A stretch of 64,000 bases of DNA from Candidatus Cloacimonadales bacterium (GTDB lineage: Bacteria; Cloacimonadota; Cloacimonadia; Cloacimonadales; JAFGVF01). The stretch's first letter is position 1. Each line of letters opens with the position of its first letter. Positions 58,144-64,000 of the stretch are shown piece after piece. Position numbers and translations under genes: made by a program. Under the pieces are notes generated by a model. The model worked only from the letters and a program-made list of their open reading frames with translations, was not told where the DNA came from and ran no database searches. The stretch spans positions 1,856,001 to 1,920,000 of the forward strand of contig OY759729.1 of NCBI GenBank assembly GCA_963662585.1, in the 5' to 3' direction.

Positions 58144-60805
58144 TAAAATTACCAAGCATATACTTATAGCCCTCTTCTTATTATTTGTTTTAGTTAGCTG
58201 TGAAGATAAGGTTTCTAGTCCTACCCTAAAAGAAGCTTCACTTGCTAGCAATACTCATTTGAATCATGATTATATTTTGAATATTTCAGACCAGCAAATT
58301 AGTGTAGATAAAGATAATTCTCTTAGTAAGGCAGAGCTTGGTGATATTATCATGTCTGCTTCAAGACCTGAAGCCCCTGAAGGTTTCTTACGAAAAGTCC
58401 TTAGTAAAAATACTCAGGGAAATACAGTTGATTTTGGAACTACTAATGCTTCTTTTTTAGAGGCATTTAGCAAACTTAATCTGCAAAGGACTATTTCACT
58501 TACCCCAGACCAAATAGTAGATTTTGAATTATTCAATGAGTGTCTTTATGACAGTGATGAAGATGTAGATGGTTATAATTTTGTTTTTAATTCAGCTCTC
58601 TATGATCAAGATAATGATAGAGGAACAGTTGATGACCAAATAGTAATTTCAGGAAATATGAAGATTAATTTAGGAATGGAAGTTAATATCTCAATAGAAA
58701 ATCAAGAATTGAATAACTTTTCCCTTGAAACAACCATGGAAAAAGAAGGAAGCTTGAATCTAAATGTTAAAAATATTGATAATTTTGCTGATAATACTAA
58801 AATAGCTTTAGCAAGTATGAAGTTTTATCCTCAAACAATTCTTCTTGATAAGATTCCTATTGTAATAACTCCAACTGTAGTTCTTAGCTTACAAATTCAG
58901 GGAAACTATGATTTTATTTGTGTTTCTGAAGTTGTCTTAGAAGAGAGTAGTAGAAATGGGGTAAGCTATGAAGCCGGCAGTTGGCAAGCTATCGGTTCCT
59001 CTCAGAAAGAGCTCAATTCAACAATAAGTGATGTAAATAAAGAGTATAATATTCAGTATGGTATGACTAGTGAGAATCATTATAAGCTCTACGACCAAGA
59101 TTTAATTTCTATTATTTCTGAAAATAGCTTTAATTTTCTTAAGGAACTATCTTATGATGATGCAATACATGAATTAAATAATACTGTTGAAGCTTCCCTG
59201 GTAAATAATATAACACTAGAAGCAGGAGCTATTTCTTCTCAAATGACCAACTTAGTTTTTTCTGATATTGTTTATTCAGAGCCTATTAATCAGGAAGAAA
59301 CTGAAACAGAATTCTTAAACGAATTGATATACATTGCGGGAGGAGATTTTGTTCATGATGGAGTTACTAAAAAAAGTACTGTGAATGATTTCTTTATTAG
59401 CAAATATGAAGTAACCCAAGCTCAATTTGAAGCAGTAATGGGCTATAATCCAAGCACTTTTACAGGTTGGAATAAGCCAGTTGAAACCGTCTCTTGGTAT
59501 GAAGCAATAAGGTTCTGTAATAAGTTATCTATTCAAGAAGGTTACAGCCCCTGTTATGATTTTTCTGGCTATGGTACAGATCCTGATACATGGCCAGACG
59601 AATATGGATACATTTCTTGGGTTGACTACTCTTCTTCTTTAATTAATTCTGGATATGGAAATGGATATAGTTTGCCTACTTCCTTACAGTGGAGGTTTGT
59701 AGCTGACCAAGGAATTTCCCATGCTAGCTTGCCTTATTCCGGCTCAAGTGATTGTAATGAAGTTGCCCACTATGCAGGAAATAATGACCCGTATGGCCCT
59801 AAAGTTGTAGGAACAAAAGAAGCTAACTCTTATGGTATTTATGATCTTAACGGTAATGTGGGTGAACTAATGTGGACTCTAGATTATAGCAAAGCTAAAA
59901 GAGCTGACCGCATCCTTATTATGGTAAGGGGTGGTGGTTGGAATAGTGATGCAGAACAATGCAAAATTAAACAGAGAAGATATCAACAAGAAAATGACAA
60001 AATGATTGATGTTGGCTTTAGAATAGTAAGACAAACTAATGATGCTTCTGCCTATACTGTGAATCAGCCAACTATTACTCGTACTGCGATGACTTACTAT
60101 TTGCCTATCACTGTTAGTATTAGTACTATAACACCTGGGGCTGAAATAAGATACACTCTTGATGGGTCTGAGCCAACAGAAGAATCTACTCTCTACGAAG
60201 GCTCTTTTCTCATTGAAAGTACTTGTACCCTGACTACTAAAGGTTTTAAGGAAAACTGGACACCTAGTAGGAGTAAATCAGCTAATTTCTATATCTACCC
60301 TCTTCTTGCTCCAACAATAAGCCCTGCATCAGGATTTTATCCAGAGCCCATAGAGGTAGAAATTACCAGTGAACATTGGGATAATCGTCTTAGATATCGT
60401 AAAAACTCCTCGACTATTTATTATTATTCTAATCCCTTCACTCTTGATGAGACTGCCGTTATATCAGCTTGGAGCCTGGTCTGGAATTATGAATTAGAGA
60501 CATATACCAGTAGCGATACAGTTTATGCTGAATATCAAATACCTAGAGCTACTCTTATTAATCCTCCGATAATTTCTCCACCTACTGGAAGCTATTCAAG
60601 TCCTCAAAGAGTATCATTAAATCTCTCTGAAAGCGACTATCCTATCTATTATACTCTAGATGGATCCTTGCCTACTCATAATTCTCTGAGATACACTAAT
60701 CCTTTTGAAATTAGTAAATCATGTACTATAAGGTCATTTGCCTATAGGAGTGGAGACGGGCAAAGTAGAGTTTCAGAAGCAAACTTCATTATCGAAACAA
60801 AGTAA
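58136..60805 (+). CDS. Lipoprotein with FGE-sulfatase domain and three C-terminal CHB_HEX_C/Fn3-associated repeats
   Basis: Lipobox LVSC; KYEVTQ, PVETVSW, GIYDLNGNV, RGGGW, VGFR; then IRYTLDGSEPT and IYYTLDGSLPT repeats. Confidence 0.85.
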   Translation: MISKITKHILIALFLLFVLVSCEDKVSSPTLKEASLASNTHLNHDYILNISDQQISVDKDNSLSKAELGDIIMSASRPEAPEGFLRKVLSKNTQGNTVDFGTTNASFLEAFSKLNLQRTISLTPDQIVDFELFNECLYDSDEDVDGYNFVFNSALYDQDNDRGTVDDQIVISGNMKINLGMEVNISIENQELNNFSLETTMEKEGSLNLNVKNIDNFADNTKIALASMKFYPQTILLDKIPIVITPTVVLSLQIQGNYDFICVSEVVLEESSRNGVSYEAGSWQAIGSSQKELNSTISDVNKEYNIQYGMTSENHYKLYDQDLISIISENSFNFLKELSYDDAIHELNNTVEASLVNNITLEAGAISSQMTNLVFSDIVYSEPINQEETETEFLNELIYIAGGDFVHDGVTKKSTVNDFFISKYEVTQAQFEAVMGYNPSTFTGWNKPVETVSWYEAIRFCNKLSIQEGYSPCYDFSGYGTDPDTWPDEYGYISWVDYSSSLINSGYGNGYSLPTSLQWRFVADQGISHASLPYSGSSDCNEVAHYAGNNDPYGPKVVGTKEANSYGIYDLNGNVGELMWTLDYSKAKRADRILIMVRGGGWNSDAEQCKIKQRRYQQENDKMIDVGFRIVRQTNDASAYTVNQPTITRTAMTYYLPITVSISTITPGAEIRYTLDGSEPTEESTLYEGSFLIESTCTLTTKGFKENWTPSRSKSANFYIYPLLAPTISPASGFYPEPIEVEITSEHWDNRLRYRKNSSTIYYYSNPFTLDETAVISAWSLVWNYELETYTSSDTVYAEYQIPRATLINPPIISPPTGSYSSPQRVSLNLSESDYPIYYTLDGSLPTHNSLRYTNPFEISKSCTIRSFAYRSGDGQSRVSEANFIIETK

Positions 60806-61219
60806 TTTCCCAATACTTCAGTAAAGCTGATAAGAAGCTTGACACAATAGTTAGTTAATAAAAGGATGAAAATCCAAACACCGATAAAGAGACATTTTCA
60901 ATTAATTTTGATTTTGTCTCTTTTCTTATTTTTGAAATTCTATTGTCACACCACCTGTATCCCCCTCATAGAAGGAGATTTAAGAGTTATTGTAGCACCC
61001 CCTGTGTCCCCCTCATAGGAGGGGGATTTAAGAAAACACCCCGTCTGCTGCGCAGCCACCCCTCTTTTAGCGTGCCTTCAGCATTAAAGCGGGGAATTTG
61101 AAGATGTTGTACCAGATTAAACTTCCATCTACACATCTTTTAGTCTGCCTTGAGCAATCAAGGGGGAATTGAATAGGTAAAGACTCTTGTTTTCTTCATC
61201 ATTATAATAGTAATAGCAA

Positions 61220-61655
61220 TCTTAAATCCCGGAGGGATAACATATAATAGGGAGTGTTCGCAAGACACTCCTAAGGACACGACTGGAAAATAGCCCTAGA
61301 AGGGCGACATACCCTAAATGTATGAAATCAAATTAATAATTTCTTTTATAATTGACCTTATGGTTTATAAACTTTATTCCTAGATATCAATGAAACAATA
61401 TTTATTGAACTTGGCTTTATTACAAAACTAAACTATTTTGGTTTATATGAACCGAATAGCAGAGAATGAGTATTTAAGAAATAGTGAAACTTAGCAAAAG
61501 ATTAAGATAAAAAAACACAATGATGATTAGGGATATTATGATGATTCTGGCAGGTCAGAGGATATATCGCCCTTCCAGGGCTATCTTTTTGTCGCGACAT
61601 CTAGGAGTGTCTTGCGAGCACTCCCTATTATATGGCATCCCTTAGGGATTTAAGA
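61220..61655. mobile_element. MITE/REPIN-like element A, copy 1
   Basis: About 92-bp imperfect terminal inverted repeats (61220-61311 and 61563-61655) around a ~250-bp AT-rich core; mobility is inferred. Confidence 0.65.
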
Positions 61656-61872
61656 GGAATCACCCCCTGTATCCCCCTCATAGAAGGGGATTTAAGAGTT
61701 ATTGTAGCACCCCCTGTGTCCCCCTCATAGGAGGGGGATTTAAGAAAACACCCCGTCTGCTGCGCAGCCACCCCTCTTTTAGCGTGCCTTCAGCACTAAA
61801 GTGGGGAATTTGAAGATGTTGTACCAGATTAAACTTCCATCTACACATCTTTTAGTCTGCCTTTTCAGATTT

Positions 61873-62091
61873 GCTCCAGAGGAGCAGTTTCTTGGTAGCC
61901 ATGAATTTGTTAAAGAAATCCCATCGCTCCGTAGGTGCGAAGATATACAAATTATCATCATTAAAGCTTAAAATAAATAGGTTTTTTTATCATAATCTTC
62001 ATTGCCATAACATAAAAAGCAATTCGCACCTACGGAGCGATTTCTTTGGGGATATGACATTTATGCTACCAAGAAATAGCTCCACTGGAGC
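61873..62091. mobile_element. MITE/REPIN-like element B
   Basis: Inverted arms GCTCCAG.GGAGC..TTTCTTGGTAGC...TCGCTCCGTAGGTGCGAA at 61873-61941 and 62023-62091. Confidence 0.6.
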
Positions 62092-62301
62092 TAGAAATTA
62101 GCACTTCAGACTTCAGTACCAAAAATGGCAGTTGAAGAGTGTGATAATCCCTCTTCTGTCGGATTGAGGACAGCTTGTCCGCTGTGAATTGATTAATAGC
62201 AGATGAATAGTCTATTAACTTTTAGTCTGCCTTGAGCAATCAAGGGGGAATTGAATAGGTAAAGACTCTTGTTTTCTTCATCATTATAATAGTAATAGCA
62301 A

Positions 62302-62738
62302 TCTTAAATCCCGGAGGGATAACATATAATAGGGAGTGTTCGCAAGACACTCCTAAGGACACGACCGGAAAATAGCCCTAGAAGGGCGACATACCCTAAA
62401 AGAATGAAGTCAAATTAATAATTTTTTTTATAATTGACCTTATGGTTTATAAACTTTATTCACTAGATCAATCAAACAATATTTATTGAACCTGGCTTTA
62501 TTACAAAAACTAAACTATTTTGGTTTATATGAACCGAATAGCAGAGAATGAGTATTTAAGAAATAGTGAAACTTAGCAAAAGATTAAGATAAAAAAGCAC
62601 AATAATGATTAGGGATATTATGATGATTCTGGCAGGTCAAAGGGATATATCGCCCTTCCAGGGCTATCTTTTTGTCGCGACATCTAGGAGTGTCTTGCGA
62701 GCACTCCCTATTATATGGCATCCCTTAGGGATTTAAGA
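62302..62738. mobile_element. MITE/REPIN-like element A, copy 2
   Basis: Same arms and core as 61220-61655. Confidence 0.65.
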
Positions 62739-63014
62739 GGAATCACCCCCTGTATCCCCCTCATAGAAGGGGATTTAAGGGATTATTGTAGCACCCCCTG
62801 TATCCCCCTCATAGAAGGGGATTTAAGAAAACACCCCGTCTGTTTCGCAGCCACCCCTCTTTTAGCGTGCCTTCAGCACTAAAGCGGGGAATTTGAAGAT
62901 GTTGTACCAGATTAAACTTCCATCTACACATCTTTTAGTCTGCCTTGAGCAATCAAGGGGGAATTGAATAGGTAAAGACTCTTGTTTTCTTCATCATTAT
63001 AATAGTAATAGCAA

Positions 63015-63452
63015 TCTTAAATCCCGGAGGGATAACATATAATAGGGAGTGTTCGCAAGACACTCCTAAGGACACGACCGGAAAATAGCCCTAGAAGGGC
63101 GGCATACCCTAAATGTATGAAATCAAATCAATAATTTCTTTTATAATTGACCTTATGGTTTATAAACTTTATTCACTAGATATCAATGAAACAATATTTA
63201 TTGAACCTGGCTTTATTACAAAACTAAACTATTTTGGTTTATATGAACCGAATAGCAGAGAATGAGTATTTAAGAAATAGTGAAACTTAGCAAAAGATTA
63301 AGATAAAAAAACACAATGATGATTAGGGATATTATGATGATTCTGGCAGGTCAAAGGGATATATCGCCCTTCCAGGGCTATCTTTTTGTCGCGACATCTA
63401 GGAGTGTCTTGCGAGCACTCCCTATTATATGGCATCCCTTAGGGATTTAAGA
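63015..63452. mobile_element. MITE/REPIN-like element A, copy 3
   Basis: Same arms and core as 61220-61655. Confidence 0.65.
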
Positions 63453-63659
63453 GGAATCACCCCCCTGTATCCCCCTCATAGAAGGGGATTTAAGGGATTA
63501 TTGTAGCACCCCCTGTGTCCCCCTCATAGAAGGGGATTTAAGGGATTATTGTAGCACCCCCTGTATCCCCCTCATAGAAGGGGATTAAGAAAAAAGGCAA
63601 GCTTTGCAGATTGCCTTCATGTTTATCTATATGTATACTATTAGTCTTCAATACCTCTA

Positions 63660-64000
63660 TTAGTCTTCAATACCTCTATCAGTTCTGACAGCACAGAGTT
63701 TTCCACACATAGTGCAATAATCATCATCTTTTGATTCAGAGTTACTTTTTCTTGATTTAGCTAATTCTGGGTCTAGGGAGTTAGCATAAATTGTTTCCCA
63801 ATCAAATTCTCTACGAGCTTTAGATACTCTATGATCTTGTTCGATAGCCCCAGGAACTTTCTTCACAATATCCCCAGCATGGGCAGCAATTTTAGTGGCG
63901 ATAATACCTTGTTTAACATCTTCAGGAGTTGGTAAGCAGAGGTGTTCCGCAGGAGTAACATAGCAGAGGAAATCTACTCCGGCAGCAGCAGCAAGTGCTC
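63660..64000 (-). CDS. thiC: Phosphomethylpyrimidine synthase ThiC, 3' part (5' end lies outside the window)
   Basis: Frame is open to the window edge: GVDFLCYVTPAEHLCLP...KIAAHAGDI...CTMCGKLCAV. ThiC-like Bza paralogs are not excluded. Confidence 0.88.
   Translation of the reverse strand, partial: ALAAAAGVDFLCYVTPAEHLCLPTPEDVKQGIIATKIAAHAGDIVKKVPGAIEQDHRVSKARREFDWETIYANSLDPELAKSRKSNSESKDDDYCTMCGKLCAVRTDRGIED

Larger units (their letters stand above)
60949..63587. repeat. Tandem array of ~713-bp composite palindromic units (3 full and 1 partial)
   Basis: Units start at about 60949, 61661, 62744 and 63458; unit 2 has a 370-bp insertion; copies differ by scattered SNPs and indels. Confidence 0.95.

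Noticed and set aside
61312..61562. Coding capacity in the element A core
   Set aside because: I found only very short ORFs on the + strand (e.g. MKQYLLNLALLQN), the copies differ by frameshifting indels, and no transposase remnant was recognisable.
61779..62101. ORFs 61779-61961(-) and 61871-62101(+) as a possible transposase or toxin
   Set aside because: They span inverted-repeat arms and show no HUH or DDE motif.
63458..63587. Possible mini-CRISPR of ~48-bp units
   Set aside because: The units are direct tandem copies without variable spacers.
56116..63600. Diversity-generating retroelement targeting the FGE domains
   Set aside because: No reverse transcriptase, and I saw no template repeat matching either FGE C-terminal region in this window.

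Overview
AT-rich bacterial chromosome segment from a diderm, probably anaerobic organism. The gene content suggests Cloacimonadota or another FCB-related lineage, but this is inference only. 0.4-15.5 kb is the core tRNA(Thr-Tyr-Gly-Thr)-tuf-rpmG-tRNA(Trp)-secE-nusG-rplKAJL-rpoBC-rpsL-rpsG cluster, which ends at a terminator with no fusA. RpoB and RpoC carry large insertions, and one RpoB insert aligns by eye to the C-terminal domain of ribosomal protein L7/L12 encoded just upstream. Next come a poly-gamma-glutamate operon (pgsB-pgsC-pgsW) coupled to a secreted protein and an outer-membrane beta-barrel, then gpsA and an envelope/housekeeping operon (WecA-like, MBL hydrolase, TPR lipoprotein, PcrA/UvrD, PorV-like, dxr). 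Then comEC, an Omp85-type barrel, a TetR-TolC-MFP-RND efflux operon, a radical SAM gene, an AEC transporter and a Na+-pumping acyl-CoA decarboxylase cluster. The last genes are a TetR-HlyD-ABC-2 exporter, a MORN-variant lipoprotein, two paralogous FGE-sulfatase-domain lipoproteins and the 3' end of thiC. Intergenic regions at 22.0-22.9, 31.9, 49.0, 54.6-54.8 and 60.9-63.6 kb are mosaics of shared REP-like palindromic modules, including a tandem array of MITE/REPIN-like elements. No transposase, cas gene or reverse transcriptase is visible. All calls come from manual reading; no database searches were run.
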